Shown here piece after piece: positions 9,220 through 18,098 of a stretch of DNA of 23,714 nt. The notes beneath the pieces are model-generated. The model had not been told where the DNA came from. It did no database searches and was given only the letters and a program-made list of their open reading frames with translations. Source of the DNA: a bacterium (GTDB lineage Bacteria > Bacteroidota > Ignavibacteria > UBA10030). Numbering within the stretch: position 1 is the stretch's first letter; every line of letters starts with the position of its first letter. Where the stretch lies: contig JAZDJN010000081.1 in assembly GCA_043803945.1 (NCBI GenBank), positions 1 through 23,714 of the forward strand, in the 5' to 3' direction. The translations under genes and the position numbers were made by a program.

Positions 9220-11427
9220 ATGAACAGAATACTTTTGCTCTTCCTTGCTTGTCTCTCCATACCGATGATACTTGTCAGTCAGGAACGGTCGTACGAGATT
9301 CATAAGCGGGGTATGTTGCATCAGACCGTCTTTAACACTGGTGAATTGAGCAGGAATTTTACTCAGGGGAATGCCGGAAACTCGACCTCGGTGCCGCTCT
9401 TCGAATGGCCGCGATCTTCCCGCGTCATCATCGATCAGAAAGAGTACGACGGACAGCATCACTCGTTAGGCGGAGGAATTTGGATCGCAGCTAATGCAGC
9501 CGATACAGCAGGCCGTCTGAAAGCATTATGCGGCGGTGTCGGATCGAGCAGTGCGGAAATCGTGAGCGGCATCTGGAGTTATCCTTTATCGATCAAGAGA
9601 ACTGAAAATTATCCGGTCTTATCCAATGGAGATTTAAATCCGGCATACAATCCTAACGAGGCTGAAGAAATCATTCTCGCCAGATGGGCAACACCGACTG
9701 GCATCACGGTGACACGGACAAGTCGGGCGTGGAGTTATCCCGACTACGATGATTTTATCATCTATGAATATGAATTCGAAAATACCGGCAATCGTAATGC
9801 AAATGAAGCGACGATCGAATCGAATGCAATCCTGACCGACGTGGTCGTTTCATTTGCCTATGGATTTGCACCCTCGATGTTCGGGCATATGCGAACCTAT
9901 AATCGATGGTACTATACGGAGATGGAGGCAAATGCACGCGCACGCTTCGATTTCAAACGCTGGCTCGATTATAATACAAGCAATAATGGTCTGCCTGAAC
10001 CAAATAGCGGATATTTTACACTCTGGGGTTCAACCAAGAAATATGGCGGTAGCCTCCTGTCACCACAAGCGGTTGGGTTCTCAGTCCTCTATTTCGATAA
10101 TGATCTGGTCGCCCGCAAGAGTGAGACCTCAGCCTATGCACCAGCCTCCGATTCATTAGCATGGGATAAAGTTACTGGAAAACTTCGTCAGCCCTGGGCA
10201 AATTATACTCAGACCTCCAATATGCGATCGTCGAAGAATCTCCCGATTCTCGATATCGCGAACGGAAGAGCTCCCGAAACCGGCTCCTCCAAAGTGACAA
10301 TTTACAATCCAGGACAGAACCGATTTGATGGCAGTGCCTATTGGATCGGCCGGGGCAGCGCCTACAAGCGTGTGAATGGTGTTGGGCGCATCCTGATGTT
10401 TGGTCCATACACAATTCCCAAAGGCCAGAAGGTCAGATTTTCAATTGCAGAAGTTGCCGGCTATGGGGCAGCGACATTGCAGCAAACGCGAAGCGGCATT
10501 ATTAAGGATCATGATCTCATCACTGATCGGTACAGTGCACCTCCGAATTGGTTTATAGACACGACCTTTACAGGAGCTGGCTCGAATCAGGTTGGGAGCA
10601 CCTATCTGGCAACTTATCCTTTGCCGGATTATGTGAATTCCAAAGTCGTGACTGTTCGTGATGTTACGGATCGGGCAATTCAGGCATACAACGGGGGACC
10701 GGTGATTATGTACGACACGCTCCAATATCAGGCTGAGCTCGCGCCGAGCAAAGGTATCTATAAATTTCCTGCACCTTTTCCAGCACCAGGACTGACATTC
10801 TCCAATACGTCACTAGCCGAGAATGTGATTTCCTGGGGTCCACAGATCGAATCATTCAGCCATCCGATGCTTAGCGGAACGTTCAGCCACTACGAAGTGC
10901 TCAAAGCCGATCATCCGCTGGGTCCTTGGTCGAAACTGGATAGTGTCGGAAAATCCGATCCGAGATATTTCTCGAACGGGATTTATAAAGTGAAAGATCG
11001 GACCACAAAAGTTGGTGCGACATATTACTATACGGTTATCTCGGTGGATAACAAAGGGAACAAGAGTGGGCAGACGAACATGGCTTTCTTTGAAACGCAA
11101 ATTGGCGGAACAGATCAGCTTGAGAAGGTCTATGTTGTGCCGAATCCATTTATCGGGCAATCGGGATTCGGCGGTGCAACCTCTGGTGGAGTCTCTGATA
11201 CCCGGATGAAGATCGGATTCTATAATCTTCCAAAGGTTTGTACGATACGCGTCTACTCTTTCTCCGGTCAACTAGTAACGACCATTCAGCATGAGAGCGG
11301 TTCGTATTCAACTGAATACCTCCAGGTAACAAGAAATAACCAGGTACTCGCCAGCGGGGTGTATTTCTATGTTGTCCAAACCCCGGAAGGGAATACGACA
11401 AACGGAAAATTTGTGGTTATCCATTAA
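9220..11427 (+). CDS. Secreted protein with FN3-like region and T9SS-type C-terminal sorting-like domain
   Basis: 735 aa with signal peptide. YYYTVISVDNKGNKS is FN3-like. The C-terminal VYVVPNPF...FYNLP..CTIRVYSFSGQLV...LASGVYFYVV resembles a T9SS type A sorting/FlgD-Ig domain. Confidence 0.75.
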   Translation: MNRILLLFLACLSIPMILVSQERSYEIHKRGMLHQTVFNTGELSRNFTQGNAGNSTSVPLFEWPRSSRVIIDQKEYDGQHHSLGGGIWIAANAADTAGRLKALCGGVGSSSAEIVSGIWSYPLSIKRTENYPVLSNGDLNPAYNPNEAEEIILARWATPTGITVTRTSRAWSYPDYDDFIIYEYEFENTGNRNANEATIESNAILTDVVVSFAYGFAPSMFGHMRTYNRWYYTEMEANARARFDFKRWLDYNTSNNGLPEPNSGYFTLWGSTKKYGGSLLSPQAVGFSVLYFDNDLVARKSETSAYAPASDSLAWDKVTGKLRQPWANYTQTSNMRSSKNLPILDIANGRAPETGSSKVTIYNPGQNRFDGSAYWIGRGSAYKRVNGVGRILMFGPYTIPKGQKVRFSIAEVAGYGAATLQQTRSGIIKDHDLITDRYSAPPNWFIDTTFTGAGSNQVGSTYLATYPLPDYVNSKVVTVRDVTDRAIQAYNGGPVIMYDTLQYQAELAPSKGIYKFPAPFPAPGLTFSNTSLAENVISWGPQIESFSHPMLSGTFSHYEVLKADHPLGPWSKLDSVGKSDPRYFSNGIYKVKDRTTKVGATYYYTVISVDNKGNKSGQTNMAFFETQIGGTDQLEKVYVVPNPFIGQSGFGGATSGGVSDTRMKIGFYNLPKVCTIRVYSFSGQLVTTIQHESGSYSTEYLQVTRNNQVLASGVYFYVVQTPEGNTTNGKFVVIH

Positions 11428-11443
11428 GCAAAGAGAGTGTCTT

Positions 11444-12493
11444 ATGAAACGGAAGCAAATACTCTTACTCACGTTGGCTGCAACTCTCTTCATGGGAAGC
11501 GCAATGCGGCTTCACGCTCAAAAGGTTGCGACAACCTCATTTCAATTTCTGAAAGTTATGCCGACAGCCCGCGCTACGGCAATGGGAGAAGCGTACAGCA
11601 CGCTTGCAACGGGAGCCGATGCACTCTTCTGGAATCCTGCCGGACTTGCATTGGCGAGTGAGCAACAGATCTCAACAACGCTGACATTGTGGCTCTTTGA
11701 TACCAAACTTGGTGCAATTTCCTATGCGCTGCCACTGGGAGACCTTGGAGCGATTGGTCTGCAGCTCCAATATGTCGACTATGGCAAGATCGAAGAAACT
11801 TCAGTGGATCGCCTGGGATTTGAAGGATCGGGCACAAACCTTCGCTACAATCCCGGGCTCACCGGGAATACTTTTTCTCCGGTCGCGTATATTGTGGGGC
11901 TGACCTATGCAAAAGCACTAACAGATAAATTTTCAACAGGCCTCTCGGTAAAATATATTTCAGAATCACTCTGGGGCAATCGGACTGTCTCGGTACTAAG
12001 TCCGGAAGGGCAGATGGTTGACTATAAGACCTATGCGAAAGCGCTGCTCTTCGATTACGGCCTCCGTTATAACACGGGATTTCGTTCGGTGCAGATAGGA
12101 ATCTCGGTCCAGAATCTTGGTGCCGCGATCCAATATGGGACCGACGGATACCCTGCACCGTTGTTATTCCGCGTCGGTACGTCTGCTGACTTGTTGGGGC
12201 CGAATGCGCTGCTCTATCCCTCCGATGAACATCGCTTGACGTTCGCCTATGATCTTTTTCAACCGAATGATTATGCACAGCAAATGCATTTTGGTCTCGA
12301 GTATGCGTTTAACAATACCTTTGCACTTCGCAGTGGGTATAAATGGAATTATGACTCAGATGGTTTGACCCTGGGTGCAGGAATCAATATCGAGTTGGGA
12401 GGATACGACTTAGCATTTGATTACAGCTATGGAACGATGGGAGAATTTCTTGGCCAGGTTCACCGAATAACATTGGGAGCGAAGATTCGATGA
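11444..12493 (+). CDS. PorV/PorQ (UPF0164) family outer membrane beta-barrel
   Basis: Likely start is ATG 11444 (MKRKQILLL.. signal peptide), not 11369. FQFLK..P.ARA.AMGEA......ADALFWNPAGLA motif, and a C-terminal FDYSY......G.VHRITLG. Confidence 0.85.
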   Translation: MKRKQILLLTLAATLFMGSAMRLHAQKVATTSFQFLKVMPTARATAMGEAYSTLATGADALFWNPAGLALASEQQISTTLTLWLFDTKLGAISYALPLGDLGAIGLQLQYVDYGKIEETSVDRLGFEGSGTNLRYNPGLTGNTFSPVAYIVGLTYAKALTDKFSTGLSVKYISESLWGNRTVSVLSPEGQMVDYKTYAKALLFDYGLRYNTGFRSVQIGISVQNLGAAIQYGTDGYPAPLLFRVGTSADLLGPNALLYPSDEHRLTFAYDLFQPNDYAQQMHFGLEYAFNNTFALRSGYKWNYDSDGLTLGAGINIELGGYDLAFDYSYGTMGEFLGQVHRITLGAKIR

Positions 12494-14025
12494 AAACCAT
12501 TCGACGGTACACTGCAATAGGAATCCTGATAAATCTGATTGTTCTTTCATCTGCAACGATAGTGGCGCAAGGTGTTGCAGTTCCACTCATGCTCCAGGGG
12601 CTCGATCACACTGTTCCACAAGGTGCCCGCTCTCGTGCGATGGGCGGCACCGCATACGGTATGTCAGGCGATGTGGCAGCAATGTTTTCCAATCCAGCCG
12701 GATTGATGGGATTACAGGCAAACGAATTTCACATCGGTGCAACCGATCTTCTCCTGAATTCAACGATGACTCAAGAGTGGTATGTGAACGATTATCTTGA
12801 CTACTTTTCACTGATCGTTGAGAACAAGCCTGAATATGGTCCGATCTTCGATGCTTTGAATGATAGGTTTCGATCAGACTCGTTAACGAAATTTAGGAAC
12901 GGCAGGTTGTTTAATGTCAAACCCTATGATGATCTTCAAACAAATTGGCAAAAGAGCAAGAGTCGATTTTTACCATCCTTGCTCGCGGTAGCGTTTCCAA
13001 TAGAATTTAAAAAACAAATGATCGTTCTGGGTCTTGGGTACACCGAGATGATTAATCTCGATTATTATTTCCAGAACAATACGGCAATGGATCCATACCT
13101 TGGACAATTCCGACCTGCCCCGGTTCCGGTATTTAAAAATGTCAATGACTCATTGAAAGTTCGTTTATTCAGAAACAGCGCCCAGCGTGAAGGCTCGATC
13201 TATGGAGTGACACCGGGTATCGCCTTCAGTCCTTTGAATGGCATAAACGTGGGAATCACTTATACCTCGCTCTCCGGTATAACCGATGATCTTGAAGAGC
13301 AATATGACCGCTCGATTATCGTGATCAGAACGGTAAAAGGGAGGGTCGATATCGATCCGGTTTGTCAGCTCGATCCCGGCAACTATTCCAGGATCAGCAA
13401 AGGCAAGTCGCACTTTTCCGGATCGATGATCAATGTTGGGGTGAATTACAAAGATGAATATTTTAGCATTGGAGGTTCATTTAAGCCTCCCTATACCATT
13501 ACTCGAAGCTGGGACAGAAGAATTACCACAACGGCGCTACCCGGCGCTTCGATTTTGGATAGTGAAATTATCGAAGGGGGAGAAGAATCGATAAAGTTCC
13601 CATTCAGCTTCGGCATCGGACTTGCGATTTTCGCGAATGAAAAAGTGACAGTCGCATTGGATTATGAAAGCCGTAACCTCACCCGGACAGTTCTCTCAGT
13701 GCGGGATTCCACCGAACTCAATCCCTGGCTGAACGGGAGCCGGTATCGCTTTGGTGTTGAGTACCGTCCGTTGTCTGGGCTGGCGCTTCGATGCGGGTAT
13801 CGTGAAGAGGCGGAAGTCTTTGCCCGAACGGGTGCAGCGATTATGACCCTTCCTGAACGCTCGAAGATTTTTACCGGTGGCCTCGGATTTCAAATTTCCT
13901 TTGTTACCATCGATCTCGCGTATGAATTCAGGAGGCTGATCTATTTCGATTCATGGGAATCGAACACGAACTTTATCACTGATAACAAGCATTTCCTGAT
14001 GATTGAAACTTCGTTCCGATTCTAA
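12490..14025 (+). CDS. FadL/OmpP1-like outer membrane beta-barrel protein
   Basis: Signal peptide, GARSRAMGG......D..AMFSNPAGL hatch motif, amphipathic strands (RFGVEY, LRCGY, IDLAYEF), terminal FRF. ATGA overlap with the upstream gene. Confidence 0.75.
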   Translation: MKTIRRYTAIGILINLIVLSSATIVAQGVAVPLMLQGLDHTVPQGARSRAMGGTAYGMSGDVAAMFSNPAGLMGLQANEFHIGATDLLLNSTMTQEWYVNDYLDYFSLIVENKPEYGPIFDALNDRFRSDSLTKFRNGRLFNVKPYDDLQTNWQKSKSRFLPSLLAVAFPIEFKKQMIVLGLGYTEMINLDYYFQNNTAMDPYLGQFRPAPVPVFKNVNDSLKVRLFRNSAQREGSIYGVTPGIAFSPLNGINVGITYTSLSGITDDLEEQYDRSIIVIRTVKGRVDIDPVCQLDPGNYSRISKGKSHFSGSMINVGVNYKDEYFSIGGSFKPPYTITRSWDRRITTTALPGASILDSEIIEGGEESIKFPFSFGIGLAIFANEKVTVALDYESRNLTRTVLSVRDSTELNPWLNGSRYRFGVEYRPLSGLALRCGYREEAEVFARTGAAIMTLPERSKIFTGGLGFQISFVTIDLAYEFRRLIYFDSWESNTNFITDNKHFLMIETSFRF

Positions 14026-14057
14026 TTTGAATTCAATCGGGAGGTACGTGAAGATCG

Positions 14058-15461
14058 ATGATTATGCATAACGGAATAATTTTGTTGAGTTTATTAATCT
14101 GTTTGCAGAGTTCCTTCGCTCAGACAGTCATCAGGGTTTCTTCTGTTGTGGAATTGAAGCAGGCGCTTGCAGCCATTAAGCCATCTCAAACGATTCTCAT
14201 TGCAGATGGGAAGTACAACCTCGAAGGTGTTGTAAAGGTATCAATGGGAGGAACACACAATGCTCCGGTTTTGATAAGGGCAGAGCATAGCACAAAGGTT
14301 CAGTTCATCGGCGATTCCCGGTTTCTCTTTGAAGCTTTGGAGCATTTAACGATTGAAGGATTCGAGTTCTCATCGACCATTGGTCCGGCACTAGAACTCC
14401 GCTCATGCAATAACGTTCGTATTACCCGATGCCTGTTTCACCTTCGTGAAGCAACGCGGGGATCGTGGGTAGTGGTGACAGGAATTCCCAATGATTCCAT
14501 TCGTCTCAGTCACCACAACCGGATCGATCATAATATCTTTGAGAAGAAATCCCAGCTTGGGAATTTTATTACTATCGAAGGTACGATATGCTCTAAGCCG
14601 CAGGTATCGCAATATGACCGCATCGACCACAACCTCTTTGCCGATATTGGACCGCGAGTGGAAAATGTGCTCGAAGCTATCCGTGTAGGCTCCTCGGAAT
14701 ATTCTCTCTCGAGTGGGTTCACAGTCATCGAGGAAAACCTCTTTGAGCGGTGTGATGGCGATCCGGAATATATTTCTATCAAATCCAGCGACGACACGAT
14801 CCGCCATAATACGTTTCGTGAATGTTTTGGCTCGCTCTCCTTACGTCATGGGAACCGAAATACTGTCGATGGCAATTATGTCCTGGGGAATGGCAGAACC
14901 GGAACATTTATCGACAGCACGGGGAAAACGTGGACGCTCGGAACAGGCGGAGTTCGTTTCTACGGCACAGGGATGCGTATAATTAATAACTATTTCGAGG
15001 GATTGACCGGTAAACGATGGGATGCAACATTTGCAATCACCAGCGGTAACGCGGAGTACGGCGACGGTCAACCGCTAACCAAACATTTCCGGATCCAGAA
15101 TGCGACGATTGCCTTCAATACGCTTGTGAATAATACGAGCAATTTCGAAATCGGATACGACGGCGAAGGTTTTCAAGGCAACTGGTGGCGGCTTCCACCG
15201 ATGGGATTGCATATGCAGAATAATATCATAGTTAGCAAACAGGACACACTGATAAAGATATTTGCCTCGCCGGTGAACTCCACATGGGAAAAGAATATTG
15301 TCTGGGCGACAGGCGGAGCAGTAGTCTCGCATTCTCCCATTGATGGAGTACAAGTGACGGATCCGAAGTTGGTGAACGATAGGGGAATCTGGCACTTGCA
15401 AGACCGGCCTGTACGTTTTCGTCCGCTTGAGAGAAAAGACGTTGGGCCGGAGGCGAAGTAA
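14058..15461 (+). CDS. Polysaccharide lyase family 6 (chondroitinase B/alginate lyase-like beta-helix)
   Basis: Signal peptide, NRIDHN repeats, EAIRVGSS, CDGDPEYISIKS (catalytic Lys position), GSLSLRHG (catalytic Arg position), GGVR, IINNYFEGL. Confidence 0.9.
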   Translation: MIMHNGIILLSLLICLQSSFAQTVIRVSSVVELKQALAAIKPSQTILIADGKYNLEGVVKVSMGGTHNAPVLIRAEHSTKVQFIGDSRFLFEALEHLTIEGFEFSSTIGPALELRSCNNVRITRCLFHLREATRGSWVVVTGIPNDSIRLSHHNRIDHNIFEKKSQLGNFITIEGTICSKPQVSQYDRIDHNLFADIGPRVENVLEAIRVGSSEYSLSSGFTVIEENLFERCDGDPEYISIKSSDDTIRHNTFRECFGSLSLRHGNRNTVDGNYVLGNGRTGTFIDSTGKTWTLGTGGVRFYGTGMRIINNYFEGLTGKRWDATFAITSGNAEYGDGQPLTKHFRIQNATIAFNTLVNNTSNFEIGYDGEGFQGNWWRLPPMGLHMQNNIIVSKQDTLIKIFASPVNSTWEKNIVWATGGAVVSHSPIDGVQVTDPKLVNDRGIWHLQDRPVRFRPLERKDVGPEAK

Positions 15462-15536
15462 TTGTGAAGATGGACTCGCTAAAATCGGAGTCGTTTTTGA
15501 AAGAACATTTTGTCAGCAAGTGATATCCAGGCCAAC

Positions 15537-15671
15537 GCGTGCGAGTTTGTTGACATCTACCCAACGCTATCGGATTTATGAGGGCTTCCTATCGCAAACG
15601 ATCTGGAAGGACCTAGCGTAGTTCCGTTGATGAATGATCCAAAGAAGCCATGGAAGAAGTCAAAACCGTAG
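15537..15671 (+). pseudogene. Remnant of a sulfatase C-terminal region
   Basis: Manual translation gives ACEFVDIYPTLSDL*GLPIANDLEGPSVVPLMNDPKKPWKKSKP*. This matches the sulfatase motif 'VD..PTL..L.GL......LEG.S..P', with an in-frame TGA at 15579-15581 and no N-terminal catalytic domain. Confidence 0.75.
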
Positions 15672-15793
15672 GTTTGAAAATTCGGGATAATGCTACAATC
15701 TTATACAAAATACATTGGAGCGGATTTTTTACGATCGATGAACATGGTCTACCAATGAGACCGTTCACCATACTTTAGGGCAGCGCTGTGAGG

Positions 15794-15921
15794 CTGACTC
15801 ATCCCCCTCGCCTACGCTGCCGCTTCCACCTCCGTTCTTCGAACTTCGGTGGACAAGTCGGCGAGCAGGCACACCCCCTTCTCTAAAACTTAGAGAAGGG
15901 GGATTGAGGGGGTTGAGTCAG
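15794..15921. repeat. Nested palindromic (REP/REPIN-like) element
   Basis: Outer IR CTGACTCATCCCCCTC (15794-15809) / GAGGGGGTTGAGTCAG (15906-15921), 15/16 match. Perfect 13-bp stem 15874-15886/15890-15902. Inserted hairpins CTCGCC..GGCGAG+CAGGC and TCCACC..GGTGGA+CAAGT. Confidence 0.8.
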
Positions 15922-15965
15922 AAGAATAAGAAACTAATCTCGACGCCGTCTAAAAAGAAAATGAA

Positions 15966-15994
15966 TTGACTCTTCCTGCAAACATTTCTACATT
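15966..15994 (+). promoter_or_regulatory. Putative Pc-like promoter upstream of the cassette array
   Basis: TTGACT (15966-15971), 17 bp, TACATT (15989-15994), pointing into the array about 190 bp upstream of the first recombination point. Confidence 0.45.
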
Positions 15995-16268
15995 TCTTCC
16001 AGCCATATCTTATATACCGTGTTGAAGCATACCGGAGGGAAGGATTTGTGTGCTTCCGAAGGAGCAACTCCTGCATACGAAAAAGATAATTCCAAGGAAT
16101 CGAAAAGCTTAGGATTCGCGATTGCGATGAAGGAGGTTTTCATACTTATAAGGAATAATCGCAATTCGTTTTTACACACTGTTATGCGCCATTTGCGCTT
16201 TCGATTCAGTTCACGCTCAGAAACTTTATACGAAGTATGCTCCGCAACAACCAACTTTGGAGGAATGT

Positions 16269-16646
16269 ATGGCTAAGAAGAAAGTATTCATCAGCTTCGA
16301 CTTCGACAACGACAAGACATTGAAGGAATTTATTATCGGGCAGGCCAAAAACGATGACTCGCCGTTTGAAGTCAGCGATCATTCGATCAAAGAAGCCGCT
16401 CCCGAAAAGGATTGGCTTGACCGAGCCAAGGTTGCAATTGGACGAGCTGACGTGTTCATAATTATGCTCGGCTCGAAAACTAAGAATGCCAGCGGGGTAC
16501 TCAAAGAACTCAAGGTTGCCAATGAAAAAGGTAAGGATAAGTTCCAGATCATCGGATACCGCGACGGCTCTGAAGATTGGGCTGTCCCCGGTGGAGGACG
16601 TGTATATCGATGGAATTGGTATAACCTGAAGAAACTACTCTCGTGA
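16269..16646 (+). CDS. TIR-like domain protein (MTH538/DUF1863, ThsB-like)
   Basis: Start ATG 16269 after GGAGG. Motifs KKVFISFDFDND, D.SIKE, I..ADVFIIMLG..T..A.GVLKE (Glu at the TIR catalytic position), Y.WNW.NL. Confidence 0.8.
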   Translation: MAKKKVFISFDFDNDKTLKEFIIGQAKNDDSPFEVSDHSIKEAAPEKDWLDRAKVAIGRADVFIIMLGSKTKNASGVLKELKVANEKGKDKFQIIGYRDGSEDWAVPGGGRVYRWNWYNLKKLLS

Positions 16647-16650
16647 GGGT

Positions 16651-17091
16651 ATGATGTCTAAGGTCAAGATAGATTCTCCGGGTGTTCAGAGTTATCTGGA
16701 GATTCTCCAAGGCGTGATCAATCGAATGGCATCCAACAGCTCGGGTTGTAAGACGTGGTGCATAGCTTTGGTCTCTGCCATTGTCGTCATCATAGCGGAT
16801 AAGGGGAAGCCGCAATTTGTGTGGATTTCGCTTTTCCCCGTTCTTCTTTTCTTGTTTCTTGATGCTTACTACCTGAGTCTAGAAATACGATTCCGTGACC
16901 GGTACAACGACTTCATCAGAAAGTTACACGCAGACGAAGCATCAATTGAAGATTTGTTCATTGTTACACCGGGCAAAGGATTTAGAAATATCACCAAGTC
17001 GAGCATCAAGGCGCTATTCTCGCTATCTGTCTGGCCATTCTATGGTCTGCTGATTGCCATGATGATTATTATGCGTCTCTGGCTCCTATGA
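16651..17091 (+). CDS. Small 3-TM membrane protein, putative defence effector
   Basis: YLEILQGVINRMASNS...KTW motif, three hydrophobic segments, LDAYYL.LE..FR..Y. Starts 4 nt after the TIR stop codon. Confidence 0.75.
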   Translation: MMSKVKIDSPGVQSYLEILQGVINRMASNSSGCKTWCIALVSAIVVIIADKGKPQFVWISLFPVLLFLFLDAYYLSLEIRFRDRYNDFIRKLHADEASIEDLFIVTPGKGFRNITKSSIKALFSLSVWPFYGLLIAMMIIMRLWLL

Positions 17092-17195
17092 GTAAAGCTG
17101 ACGAAACTTGACATACATTTGCTCTCCGGCTTGCGATGTTGTAAATTAAGGTCAGTTCAGAATTGATCTCAGACTCTTACAATCATTGGAGTAGT

Positions 17196-18098
17196 ATGAA
17201 GGTATTTGAAAAGAACGGTCACAAGATAATTTGGGGTGAAGCGATTGAGGTTTTTGAAACCATCAAAGATGGTTCGGTCGACCTCATTTTCGCTGATCCC
17301 CCTTACAACATCGGGAAAAAATTTGCCGACGTTCCTGATCGCTGGGAATCGGATAGTTCGTATTTGAATTGGTGTTATAAGTGGCTGCACATGTGTATCA
17401 AGAAGCTGAGAAGTAATGGGACGATGTACGTAATGACGGCCACCCAGAACATGCCACACTTCGACCTTTTCCTGAGAGATAAACTTACAATCCTCTCTCG
17501 AATTGTCTGGTATTACGACAGTTCCAGTGTTCAGGCACGCAAGTATTTTGGTTCTCTATATGAGCCGATACTTCATTGCGTCAGGGACGAGAATGATTAC
17601 ACATTCAATTCGAAGGACATTCTGGTAGAGGCGAAGACTGGCGCTGTTCGTAAGCTGATTGACTATAGAAAACCCGTCCCGACAGTTTATAACTCGAAGA
17701 AGGTTCCCGGAAACGTCTGGCATCTTCCAAGGGTAAGATACCGTATGGATGAATACGAAAACCATCCAACGCAGAAGCCAATTGCATTGCTGGAAAGGAT
17801 TATCAAGGCAAGCAGCAACGAGGGCGATTTAGTAGTTGATCCGTTCTCTGGCTCTTTCACAACTTCGTACGTTGCCAAGCAACTCAAAAGAAAGTCAATT
17901 GGAATCGAGATCAGCGAGGACTACGTCAAGATTGGTTTGCGCCGTTTACAGATCGCTACAAAGTTTAACGGTGAACCTCTACGTAGAGAGCGAAAGACAT
18001 ATGAGCCACCGGAAAACGAAAACCAAACCGCCCTATCCCTATTTGAAAAGAAAGTCAAATGGAACACGAGTTCACCAAAACGATCAAAAGTATCTTAG
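17196..18098 (+). CDS. Beta-class N6-adenine DNA methyltransferase (YhdJ/M.AvaIII/M.NsiI-like)
   Basis: Motif IV DPPYN precedes HPTQKP and motif I DPFSGSFTT (beta order). AKTGAVRKLIDYRK and RVRYRMDEYENHPTQKP are YhdJ-like. Likely start ATG 17196 after GGAG. Confidence 0.9.
   Translation: MKVFEKNGHKIIWGEAIEVFETIKDGSVDLIFADPPYNIGKKFADVPDRWESDSSYLNWCYKWLHMCIKKLRSNGTMYVMTATQNMPHFDLFLRDKLTILSRIVWYYDSSSVQARKYFGSLYEPILHCVRDENDYTFNSKDILVEAKTGAVRKLIDYRKPVPTVYNSKKVPGNVWHLPRVRYRMDEYENHPTQKPIALLERIIKASSNEGDLVVDPFSGSFTTSYVAKQLKRKSIGIEISEDYVKIGLRRLQIATKFNGEPLRRERKTYEPPENENQTALSLFEKKVKWNTSSPKRSKVS

Noticed and set aside
15579-15581. In-frame TGA in the sulfatase fragment as selenocysteine or recoding
   Set aside because: The fragment lacks a start and a catalytic domain, and other genes here use TGA as stop. 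A nonsense mutation is the simpler explanation.
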